A stretch of 64,000 nt of DNA from Curvularia clavata. Its lineage: Eukaryota. Within the stretch, counting starts at the first letter, position 1. Each line of letters starts with the position of its first letter. The stretch covers positions 1,302,001-1,366,000 of the forward strand of contig CP089274.1 in assembly GCA_023920165.1 (NCBI GenBank). The letters run 5' to 3'. Under the pieces are notes generated by a model. That model saw only the letters and a list, made by a program, of their open reading frames with translations. It was not told where the DNA came from and did no database searches. The position numbers and the translations under genes were made by a program. Positions 37,121 through 48,983 of the stretch are shown piece by piece.

Positions 37121-38529
37121 GATTGACTACTATATGGAGCGAACGCAGTAACCGTAGAGCGCCTGTCGGTTGGTGCCGATGGGCTTCAGACCTGCTGAAA
37201 GGGGTCGAATGGTAATGGGGGAAATTTCAAAGAGTGTCTAAGTAATCTGTACAAGGCAATTGATTAGTCCAAAGGCTCAACGGCAGTAACAACAACCATA
37301 ACAACCACACACTGCTACACGTACTAAAAAGTGCCCGCACGAGAAAAAGAAGAGAAGAGAACTCGCGAGGAAGCGTTGGATCACGCGGCTAAGGAAGTAC
37401 CGGCATGAAATCGGTCGAGTCTAGGGGTGAGTCGGGGAAACAAAAGTCTATAAGCCAGCAGTGTGAAGCGGCGTCAGCAAAAAAAGAGGGACAAAGCGGC
37501 TACGACGGGGATGGGGCAAGTCAGGTCATGTCGGCACCAGCAGGCACAAGTGGGTAATAGGGTATCAGTCGGTCTAGTGCTGTGAATGAATGGGCTTGCG
37601 CAGGGCATTCGATCCAAGAACGCGAAACGGTAGCAGAAGTCGAACCATTTTCAGTGGCCTTGTTGCGACGGCGCACGGTACCGCCATCTCTGAGGGCGTC
37701 CCGAGCCGGCGGACAAGCCAATCACGGCGGTGGCGTGGCGTGATTGGATCGTAGCCGATGCCAAAAGAGCCACCTGAAACTCCAAAGGCCATGCGGCTTT
37801 GTCTTTGGCATGCGAAAAGGCAGAGAGGAGACGTTTGAGAGGCGTTTGGGGCCAGGGCTAAAACACACAACGTTAGAGCTCGGCGCCTCCATTTTAAGCC
37901 CCTGATCGGTCCTTTGCAACGCCCCCAACTGCCGACGCATAACCACAGTCCTCTCTCTGCCTTCAGTTACCGCGCCCCTGCTCGCACCGCGTAGGCAGAT
38001 GTAAAGACAAGCTTTGGCAAGTGGTGGCGATTGCGCGGCTTGGCTCAGAATGACAGCTGTGAGAGAAGGGGATACCTTGGCTCAGGTGGTGTGGCGGCGT
38101 TGGCTGAGACGAGTGCAATAGAATCTTCATTGGCAGTACTTTGCCTACATGTCGCTTGGATGCGTCGTTGAAAAAACGTGCTTACTTGTACACGCTATAA
38201 TACCTATGCTTACTCCATACGTACATACACTGCAGCGGTTTAACCGGTGTGGCGGCATCGATAACCTACGCTTTCCACGCGGATCAACCATGTTTCTGCA
38301 TGTTTCGACGGCGGTACTGCGGTCAAATCCATCATGGACATACGGCATTCCGAGTTAACTAAATTCAACTACATACCTACTACTAGATAGTGACGCTGCC
38401 TCCTTGCCCAAACATTTTCGGTCTTGGAACCCCAAACATACCACCGTCATAACCGCGCCCATCACTCTTCATCTGGAAAACACGTATACCGAAAAGCCAT
38501 ACTGTCTAAAACAATAACAACACCAAACC

Positions 38530-39373
38530 TCACAGCATGAGGAAACCACCGCTCGCCGAGATTGTTTGACCCGAAACCCACTTTGCGTCCTCGCCACAAA
38601 GCCATGCCACAATTCTTGCAACATCATCGACGGTGCCCATTCGCTGCTCCACAGCCGTCTGCTTCATTTGGCCCTCGACAATCTCTCCTGGCACGTCTGC
38701 CAGCATCTCCGACTCGACAGGCCCAGGGGCAACGGCATTGACGGTGTGGCCTGCGCCACCTAGTTCCTGTGCTAGGCTGCGTGTTATGCCTTCGATTGCT
38801 GCTTTGGAACCCGCATATAGCGACAGGTTGGCGAAACACATTCGTGCGCCGACGGATGACATGTTTATGATACGGCCTGGGGCACGTAGATGAGGCACCA
38901 CGGCGCCTGTAAGGAGGAGCGCTGCTCGAACATTGACGTCGAACATGGCTGCATAGTCTTCCGCCGTCACTTCTACCACCGACTTGTTGAACAAAACACC
39001 AGCGTTATTGACGAGAATATCAATCTTATCGCCAAAGGCTTCTCTGGTCGCGGATACAATCTTTGTAGGCGCATCCAGTTGCTTGAGGTCTGCTTGTACA
39101 ATAGTCGCGGCGCTGCCATTGCCAAGTGACTGGATCTTGGATGCAACTTCTTCTGTCAATTCCTTACTTCGGGTTGACGTGTAGACAAGCGTCACCTGTC
39201 ATCAGTGTCAGTAGACAAGAGTGGCGTGGTTTGACTGGATAAGGTAGACAAGCCTTTGCTCCTCGTCGCGCTAACTCTAACGCCAAGCCAGCACCAATAC
39301 CTCGCGAAGCGCCAGTGACTATGGCCACTTTGCCTTGGAGAGGGTGTTGTGTGGGGACTGATTCAGAAGTCAT
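38530..39373 (-). CDS. Classical short-chain dehydrogenase/reductase (2 exons)
   Basis: [26 protein letters not shown]; the intron at 39196-39253 appears to be GC-AG. Confidence 0.93.
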
Positions 39374-40068
39374 GGTGGGTTCAATCTGCTTCTGCTATGT
39401 GCTTGGTCTTGAACCCCAACATCAGCTTGTTGATGGGCTTTTGTATTAGGGCAGCGAACTTGGCAATTGGCTGCACGCACCGATGTAGGTCGGTATTCAT
39501 GAATTTCTTCGGCCATGTGTCTCCGGTCTTGTTGCTGCCTCCTTGCCATCCTGACTGTTGGGGTAAGCCACACGTCATTTGATGATACCACAAGTTCCGA
39601 TCGTCCACGAGAAATCCGATACGCTTCGGAAGCATGATGCAACTTGTGATCGACAATAAGCGTCGAGTAGAACAGATCGTATCAACTTGAACATGCAGCG
39701 AGTGAAAATAAAGCATGCTTAAAAATATGTATTATGTCGAAAGTATCTCCAAACGCTTGCTTAATAGACAAAAAAAACAAACTCTTGATGTATGTTGAAC
39801 TGGCAGCCTCCGACCTGTCCCACGCACAAGAACCAAACCGGTCTGTGCCACTTTCGAAATGAGTTTGCGGCAGATAATGTGTTCGAAGATGGTATCTGGG
39901 GGTGACTGTCGGAAAAAGACTCAATCGAAGGGTGCGTGTGTCGGTGCTCCAGGGGGTATTCGAAAACAAAACCACAACAGTCGGCAGCGAGAACTATGAC
40001 GGCCCTGACGTACTTGGAAGCCTAATATCAAAGTTTCTCGGGCGCCTCTCTCCCACTACTCTGCCCGC

Positions 40069-40287
40069 CTACCGTGGGATGATGCCGAGAATCTTTCCCT
40101 TCTTCGCGTTTGCGTCTTTCTTCTTGGGGTACATCTTGGATGTGACGAAGTGGCAGTACCATATTACTGCACCGAGGATTGAGAGACCGAAGATGACCAA
40201 GAACAGCGTGATGACTGGTCGGCCGTCTGCCTGTACTGAACGCAGAGCAGCAGGTGTGAGAATTGGTGCGAGCCAGTCGAAACCCAT
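40069..40287 (-). CDS. Small single-pass membrane protein (72 aa), unknown function
   Basis: ATG in ACAACATGG context; one hydrophobic helix followed by a Lys-rich tail; host-like codon usage. Confidence 0.65.
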   Translation of the reverse strand: MGFDWLAPILTPAALRSVQADGRPVITLFLVIFGLSILGAVIWYCHFVTSKMYPKKKDANAKKGKILGIIPR

Positions 40288-41420
40288 GTTGTACGTATTT
40301 GCTGGGTACGTTTGTGTGAGGTGGTTTTGGTTAGGCTGACAGGGACGTCTTTAAGCTTGTAGTTGCGAATGAGAGAAGGACAGCCGGCTGCCAGTTAAAG
40401 AAAAATCAAATAAAGATATCGCCGGCGATGGAAAAGAATGGTACCAAGGAAACGTGATGTTGGCTGTACAGCTGGGAGAACCCGCGAGAGTGCGGCAGCT
40501 AGCGTTCATGTATCCCTACCGGCAGCCATAGGACAGCGGCGCGTCGGCCAAACCCATGTCGTTTCGCCCATGACCTGATCTCTTGGTAGCCTCGGCAGCT
40601 CGCATGATGTTTACACCAGAGACCATACACTTTGCGTATGGCGACGTGTTGAACGTGAAGCGGTTGTGCGATATGACGGTTGTTTCAAATTCAAGGTGGG
40701 CCAAGAGACCATGGTGAGACACTTTCGTTGCAGAACGTTGCAGCGTCCGGCCAAGCATGACAGCTGCGAGGCGTCCCACCCAAAGACTCTGGAACGAATC
40801 CACGTCTTTACATTAACCCGACTTTTCCGGACCTCCTCGGACACCGGCGTGCCTTGAGGTGCTGCTGGGAACCGAATCTCACCGAAACGGGCGCTGTAGT
40901 TCAAGACTAGTGGGCTGCGCTGGAGCGGAGACAAGCTGGGCAAGTCGGGGCGTTACGGTTGCTGCACGCCATTGGTAGGGTAAGTTGCTGTCTGAATCCA
41001 GGCCCGAATAATGGCAGTATTACTAGTATACTGATTCGGGGACTTTTACTGTTGGTGGTGGTTGTAAACTTTGCGATTACTGGCACATGAACGCTTAGTG
41101 GCATTCTCACGTAATCTCTGCGGCCCACTCGGCTGTGATTGGTGGAGCGAAAAAGGCTCTTTCCACGAACTATCCTGTGCAAAAAGGCGCGCGGTCCCTT
41201 CACTCTCTTTTCAAGCTCATCTACACCTCCACACCGCTTGACGACAAAGCACCTGGTCTGTACAGCGCTTCTGACACTGCTAACCCTTAGACAACCACAC
41301 AGAAGGACCTATTTTCACTCATCTCGGTGGCGCATTAGAACCACTTTTACGTCAGATTCTACACACCTACACGCACCCCTACACTAGTAGAATTTGTTTG
41401 TTTCAACATATACATTCAAC

Positions 41421-42442
41421 ATGGCTCCCCTCAAGCCCGAACGCTCTATTTCGCCTGCAGAGAGAGAAACGTCTCGTGACTCTACTGAGCGGGGGAAGAA
41501 GCGCGCAAGTATGTCGTCAGCTTACACCTTGATTGTTACTACTGCTATTGCTGCTATTGCTACTACTGCTACTATTACCACTACTACTACTACTACTACT
41601 ACTTCTTGTCAACCATGAACAAGGCTAATATTGCCGTTTTACCCGTAGGAACACAGTCGATGCCTCCACCCGAGCTGCCGAAACTAGTCGCCGAGCAGCA
41701 TGCCCCCATTCCCACCAACGACAAGGACACACAACGGCTGATCGTCGTGCTCTGCAATGCGACTCTGGAGACGTACAAGGCATCGCATGGAAGCGGCCGG
41801 GGACCTGGCGCGCGCGAAGACAAGTACAACCTGCTCAACAGCGACGATCACATTGGCGTTATGCGGAAAATGGGGCGCGACATCAGTGAGGCTCGGCCAG
41901 ATATTACACACCAAGTGCGTACAAGAGGAGGCTAAGGGTGCTAACCAGCTAACGTGGCCATGCAGTGTCTACTCACACTACTGGATTCGCCAATCAACAA
42001 GGCGGGCAAGCTCCAGATCTACATCCACACATCCAAGAATGTGCTCATCAGGGTCAGCCCTACTGTGCGCATTCCTCGTACGTTTAAGCGATTTGCTGGA
42101 CTCATGGTACAGCTGCTGCACAGACACCAGATCCGCTCGACAACATCACAGGAAAAGCTCATTGAAGTTATCAAGAACCCGATTACCGACCACCTCCCGC
42201 CAAACTGCCGCAAGGTGACACTCAGCTTTGACTCTGAGGTGGTGCGTGTAAGCGACTACATTGGAGGACTCAACAAAGGCGAGAGTATTGCAGTGTTTGT
42301 TGGTGCCATGGCCAAAGGCAATGACGATTTTGCCGATGGCATCAAAGACGACAGCATTGCCATTAGCCAGTTCAATCTCAGTGCCAGCGTTGCGTGCAGC
42401 AAGTTCTGCCATGCAGCTGAAGACGTATGGAATATTTTCTAG
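41421..42442 (+). CDS. EMG1: 18S rRNA pseudouridine N1-methyltransferase Emg1/Nep1 (3 exons)
   Basis: [59 protein letters not shown]. Confidence 0.96.
41547..41603. repeat. (ACT/GCT/ATT)n trinucleotide microsatellite in EMG1 intron 1
   Basis: Imperfect run ending in about 8 perfect ACT units. Confidence 0.85.
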
Positions 42443-43890
42443 CTGAGCGGGCAGGCGAAACGACGGATGGACCTATCCATGGCGAACACGCCAGCAAGCC
42501 CACAAGCATCAAAATTACACGAGTCGGAACTGGAACCGGAATACCGCAGGACTAGGACTAGGGAACTCATAGGCAGCGGGACGTGTTTGGGGCTTAGATC
42601 GCAACATCGACAGCCCGAACGCTTACTGCATTTGATTTTGGGCGTCTGCTTGAGGTTTTTTTACAACAAAACAACTGCTCTGGCTCAACGCACAACAATC
42701 GGTCTTCTGCGGAAGACAGCGGGGCAGCTCAACCGGCCCCGTCCCTTTTGTTTTTCCTTTTGTATGTCTGTAGGTGGCGCAGCCGATTAGTGTGTGTAGA
42801 CGGTGGGCTGCAATTGGCCTTATGTGTGGCGCCAATTGCGTGGACGGGCAGTTTTGTAGGTAATCGCGGCTCTTTTCTAGAAAGTATGTATGCAGATAGC
42901 GCATAGCAGCGCGGGGGCATGGACAGGATGCCGGGCAGCGTCAGCAATAGAGGCGCTGACGAATGGAAAAAAAAAGTTGTGCTTCACGTCATGTTCGCGA
43001 TGAGAGCCGTTGACCCCTCTATAGTGTGCGACCAACACATGGGAAGAGCTATACCGGATAGGGCTAGCGCGGGGATCAAGGTCGGCCGCCTCGGTGCGCA
43101 TGCGGCGGGAGAGTGACGGGATGGGCAGAGAGGGACCAGGAGCCGCATCGCCGATCTCCCACGATGGGCAGCGAACATGGCAAAAAGAAAGCACCAAATA
43201 GCAAGTCGATGGCTGTCACGGGAGCCGGAGCAGGGCTGTCGTCCTGCTTCTTGTCAAAGAGACGGCCCCATTGACGACGTCAGACATGGCCCAGTGCGGC
43301 GACGTGAGGTGCCCAGACCGCAAATACTCGACTGCACGCGACAAGCGACGGCCGGCCGCAGACGAAGAGCCATTTAGTCTCGAGCAGCGTCATGGGCGTT
43401 GTGAGGCGACGGCGGCCTTTTACCTCTCGCGGCTGCGGGCCGGCGGTGTGTAGCCAATGTCACCGCCCGGGCGCTCGCTTACTTGGACAACTTTGCTAGC
43501 CTGCAGACGCAGGACATGTGGCAGCATCTCGACTTGTTGACAGCGGCCTCCTGGATTCCCGCCTGCAGCTGTGGGGCCTCCTAGCACTGGCTTTCCCTAC
43601 CACACACATTCTGACGCCCTGCTACTCCCTTCACGATGCATCCAGACGCGGCACTGACTTTGTCTTTGGCACGGGACCGGCCAATCGTGATATAAACCCC
43701 GACCTTGTACCTCGCGACCTTGTACACCCCCCCATACTGCATACATGCCATATATACATACATACTGCACGTTTACATACACTCTTGACTTTTACCATTT
43801 GCAACACCCACTCCCTTCCCCTTGCACCCCTCTTCCTCCCCTCACTCGCTACCCATCACTTCAGTCTACTCATCTCCAACTTGCTCAGCA

Positions 43891-46215
43891 ATGCCTGTCG
43901 CCCATATTGGCCTCACAGTCTCGCATCTGCCAACATCGACGTCCTTCTTCCTCTCTGCCCTCCAGCCGCTTGGCTACCGCTACATTGGAGAGTCTGGTCA
44001 CCAGATCGGGCTCGGTATTCACAATGCTGACTTCTTTCTCTGCCAAGAGACGCCTGGGTAAGAGCCCCAATTGATTGTCTCATACACCGCAACTAACGCC
44101 CGGGGTAGCGTAAAAGCTGGTGCCGCTCACATTGCCTTCACCGCTCCCAGCACGACCGCGGTCCGGAACTTCTATACCGCAGCATTGATAGCTGGCGGTC
44201 GCCCCAACGGAAGCCCAGCCACTCGATGCGCGGAAACCGGCCACTTCAACGCTGCAGTCCTCGACTTTGACGGAAACAGTATCGAAGCCGTCTATCGCAA
44301 CGGACCTGACGTCGGGGAAGACGGCACCGTTTACGAGCACAGCAGGATCATCACGTGGCACAGGACAGTCACCACTACCACTACAACTACCACTACATCC
44401 TCCTCGTCCTACCGCGCCAGCTCGACCCTGAACACTTACACATCAACGTCAGCCTCGAGAGCATCACCTGCTGCTGCATCGCCCGCCGAATCAGCCGTTC
44501 CAAAGCCACCCAGTGTCGTCAGAAGTTTCTCTGCAGACGACGTTATGCCTGCCCCCAAGGTCACCAAATCCGAATCCAACGAAGGGGCCGGCAAGCAGCT
44601 CTTTGGTGCACTGCTTGGAGCTGCTGCAGGTGCAGCCGTTGCGTACGCATTCGCGAGGAGCGAGCGCGATAGCGCCAAGAAGGAGGCCGAATTCAACGCT
44701 TTCCTGGATGCCAAAAGCGCGGTCAAGAGTGCGGCAAGCCTCTCTACTCAGACCCCGGCGCAACCCGAACCACCCCAGCAAACCCCACAACCCGAACCGC
44801 CAGCGCAGCCAGCACAGCCAGCACAGCCCACGCCCGAGACTACCGCCCCGCCAAAGTCACCCAAGTCAGTACACCGCAACAGCGACGACGACGACGCGCG
44901 TTCCGTCTACTCGCGCGCATCCCAGATTCCAAAGTCGTCTGTCCCGCGACAGATCGAGGCCGCCCCCGCCGACTACTACGCACCGTCTCAGTTCGGTGGC
45001 TCCAGTGCCCTCGCTCAAGCTCGCGCCATTGAGTATGCAAAGCCCCGTGCTATTGAGTATGCAGAGCCTCAGGCCATTGAGTATGCGCCTGCCTACTCCC
45101 GTGCACCTTCAGCCGCCCCCTCTAGGCTTACGTCAGCCAATCGCGCAAGCACAAGCCCTGACTTGTTGATGCTTGAGCAGGCAAGGAGCACAGTGTCGGC
45201 AGCTAGACCAGATGGCATGGCATCAAGTCTGAAGCCACCGCGACCACACAAGTCTCACAGTGTTGTCTCAAAGGCACACAGCGCGGCTCCAAGTGCTGCG
45301 CCTAGCTCCTTCATCTCATCTTTTGTCGCTGACAACGAGGATACGAAGAGTATTCGTTCGCATCGCTCGAGCCGATCAAAGGCAAAGTCGTCGCATAGCA
45401 GGCATGGTAGTCGCAAGGAACGTGACTCTTCTCCGTCCCCGCCACCTTCTGAATCCAAGGCAACCAAGGTCCCTCCCAAGGTTCCGTTCAAGGCTGCCTC
45501 CATTGTCAGCAATCTTTTCAAGCGCGACAAGGCCAAGAACGAGCAGGATGATGATGACGACTTTATTGATGATCTTGATGTTGATGAGCAAACTGAGGAT
45601 GACCTTGACACCGTAGTACCTGACGATAGTATCTCTCAGATTGGCGACGGTCCACGCCGCAGGCACCGTTCTCACCGTCACAAGAGTAAGAAGAATGACG
45701 ACGCCGAGACCTCCGTCAGCCACCGCAGCAAGAAGCATACCGAGGACGCCGAATCCTCCGCCCACCACCGCAGTAAAAAACACGTTGAAGACGATGAGTC
45801 CTCTGTCAGCAAGTCTACCAGGCGCTCACATCGTTCTCGTTCCCACAAGACTTCCGACTCGGCCGACGACGAGGACTCTGGACGTGCCCACCGCTCCTCG
45901 CGGTCTTCCAAGCACAAGCCTTCCATCACCTCTGAACCCAGCGAAGTTTCTACCGTACGCCCCGTCAAAACATCATCCTCATCTTCAAAGTCTTCTCGCA
46001 AGGATAGCCTGACCCAGGGACAGTACGATCAATTGTTCGACGAGGTCCAATATGGCACCGGCAGTGTGCGCGCCTCCAGATATCCTCCTACCCCCAGCAT
46101 GGTCAGCGCCGCCCGCAAGAACCCGATGCGCACCATGATCAATTTCAACCATGCACAGAAGATGAGGAACTTTGAGGGAAGCCAGGCGGGTATGGCTAGA
46201 CATGATGACGACTAG
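43891..46215 (+). CDS. VOC/glyoxalase-domain protein with long low-complexity C-terminal extension (2 exons)
   Basis: MPVAHIGLTVS...ALQPLGY.../AHIAFTAPS...FY.AAL.AGG..NG.P...AAVLDFDGNSIEAV, then about 600 aa of Ser/Pro/charged sequence. Confidence 0.85.
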
Positions 46216-46545
46216 GTCATGTACCCTGCGGCAAGTGTGTAAGAAGTGTCTTGCTTTCTTTTGTTCTTGATTTTTCCGTCCCTAGAAGACTGTTGCATCA
46301 TTGCACCTCGATCTGCCATGTTTTGTCCGCCATTTGGTCAGAATTTCCGCTCCTATACTGCTTTTTCGCGCGCTCTTGCTCCACAAACTTAGCGTCCTTG
46401 TTTGGCATCGTCATATAGCTCTCCCACGCACAGCGGCATTGGGCACGGCGTTTTTTTATCCTCTGTTTTGCTCTTCTCACATTCCTTTTTTTTAAGAACT
46501 TTGCAACGCTTAGAGCTTGTTGGTTGTTTGAATATGAATGGACAT

Positions 46546-46590
46546 GAAAATGAAGAAAATGAAGAAAATGAAGAAAATGAAGAAAATGAA
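46546..46590. repeat. Perfect 9-bp minisatellite (GAAAATGAA)x5
   Basis: Directly visible downstream of the VOC gene. Confidence 0.9.
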
Positions 46591-47033
46591 GGAATGTAGA
46601 TATGAAAGAAAATATTTATGGGTTGGGGTTTGGTCTGGATAGAAATACTATACATCTATTCGGCAGTCTATTTGCTTGCTTGTCTGTGTGAGAAATTAGC
46701 CAGGCTCTGCGTGATGTTTCGATTGTCCATCTCAGCACATGTTTCCTGTGCAGTATCGAATTGATTTTGGGTGAAGACTAACAAGCCCAAAGAAAAGACG
46801 AAGCGGACAGATCAATGCAAGACTTGAACAAGAATAGACATGACAGCAAAAAAAGCAGGCGCTTTCATAAAACTCGAACATAACGCTACACATGTCCCTG
46901 CCAACAAAGTATACTAGTACAAGAAATACTTCGCCGTATAAGAGAGGTATAGCTCCACCATAGATCTACTATTTTAATCAAAAGTCGCAGCACACCAAAC
47001 TACTCCCTCTCTCCCCTCCGCCTCCGTTCCTCA

Positions 47034-47285
47034 CTAAACGCTCCTCACACACCTCCCCTCCCTTTCCATAGCCCCGACCCCAGCCCTAACCCGTCCCCAA
47101 CTCACGTTCCTCGATGCAAACAGCGCCTCCGGTGGTCCTTGACCCGGATCACAATCCCAGCATTCTCCACCTCGCTCCCGGTGCACTTCTGTAGCCAAGT
47201 CGCACGATGGGTGCCGGGGGCAGGTGCGGCGAACCCAGAAAGTATGTTTGCAGGTGAGGTGTTTGAGGGTCACTTTTGTGCACAT
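47034..47285 (-). CDS. Small Cys/His-rich protein (83 aa), possible zinc binder
   Basis: AAAATG start; pattern MC-x9-C-x-H-x7-C-x5-C-x13-C-x2-C. Confidence 0.6.
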   Translation of the reverse strand: MCTKVTLKHLTCKHTFWVRRTCPRHPSCDLATEVHRERGGECWDCDPGQGPPEALFASRNVSWGRVRAGVGAMEREGRCVRSV

Positions 47286-48983
47286 TTTCTGTGATGGGCT
47301 TACTCGGGATTTTGGGTAGATTGGAGATGGCCTGTTGGGGGTCTATTAGAGCCGAAGAGTTGTGTATGTTGTGTGTAGGTGTGATATCGATGGATGTGGT
47401 TATGCCTTTGTTGGAAAACAGGAGAGTGAACTCGGCAGGTCTACTCGATGCTTCTTGGTGCGTTGATGATGGGTCGATGAGATCAGGTATTTTCTGTAAA
47501 ACAGTGGTGGTGTGAGGTCCAAGGATATAGGGTCTAGACAACCCTCTGTTGTGTGACCCTTAAGGGCTTGTGCGAGGCACGATATGCTCCTCAGCTCTTT
47601 CGTGGTGAACACGACCGTTTTCGGATACTAGTACTGTGTAAGACTTGAATGGTGCGATAAGAGCGGTATGTGGTAAGCAGCATGGTGGATTGTCGAGAAG
47701 AGGCCTTGTGGCACGATGGTGTTTAAGGGTGAAAAGAGCGTAGGGGAACCAGCCTCGTCTTCTTCTGCGAACACGTTCGTTCTTTACTTCCCCCCGGAAC
47801 AGGGGGAAGCTGGTCGGGATACTTCGCGGGGATCTATTATAACGAGTTAATACACTGGCAATTTCCTTTGTTTCCAACACTCTTCACCCACACTTTCGAA
47901 ACCCATTCATCACATCACCCACCCACCCCCAACTAGCTACCGTACTCACTTCGAATGTCTAGATTCGCTCTTACAGCTCCCAGATACCTACAACACCTCA
48001 ATCTGGAAGTCCGTGATAATTCTTTCACCACCAGATTCCCAAGACAAAGCCGGAATCGAAAAAAAAGGGTCCAGTCCGCCGAACGCCCTCCCATTTAAAC
48101 CACCTTTTGGTCCCGCACCTCTCCCTCCCCACCGTGACTAATACGCCCACAGACGCAAGAGGCCCCGAGGACCCCTCCGATACCCAATTTGAGGAAAGAG
48201 GAAAAAAAGGCAGGGTCCAGCTCCGAATCAGGTTTGGAGAGAGGTTGGCCCAAAAGCACGCGATCGCCGATTCACACTACCCATGGACACCGCACCATCA
48301 AGAACGACCACGGGAACTTGGTCCCATCCAATAGTCTTTGAGTAACGCTCATTTTACCAAGCTAGACTGGATACGGACCCAGCAATTATCGCAGAACCGG
48401 TATTTCGTAAGGTTGTAAGGGGCTTCTATTCGGGACGGGTTCCGAGAGGTTGAGGCTGTTGCGGTATCTGATGGAAGTCATCGCCGATTCTCTTTTTCAG
48501 CCCTGCATTCGGTTGTTGTGTTGTGAGTTTGGAAAGTGAGCAAGAAATTTCTCGAAGATTCGTTTGGTGCGGAAGAGATAGCAGTGCGATCTATTACCGA
48601 TGGTCGTCGCAGTTTGCCTTTTGACCTAGCATGCGTTGTTTGCAAGGGGGACGAATCAACTGTCAATGTTTAAGAAAAAGAAAGGTCATGCAAATCGGAT
48701 TACGGGTATCTAAATTGGATATAAGACAACGCAAGTCGCTGGTACTTTTAAGTAACGAACGCCGGAACAGAGGAGCTCGAATGACAATACAACAGTGTCT
48801 ACTATGCCAGACGTGGCACGTGAACCGAGTTAGGCCCAACAATCTAGCCGATTGAGGAAAACCTTGCTCTGGGCATATTGGTACCATCCTGTATACTGCA
48901 AGCCATGCAGTCGGCTGTGGAGCTTTGAGAATTGAGTCAGACAGGCGGAAGTCGTCAAACGCCCAACAAATGTCAGACCAATG

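Noticed and set aside
41509..41648. Intronic snoRNA in the long EMG1 intron
   Set aside because: No C/D box pair seen; the length is explained by the microsatellite.
46546..46590. Direct repeats as a CRISPR-like array
   Set aside because: Tandem 9-mers with no spacers, in a eukaryotic context.
47084..47092. CCCTAACCC as a telomere repeat or telomerase template
   Set aside because: A single short match within a small ORF, with no supporting structure.
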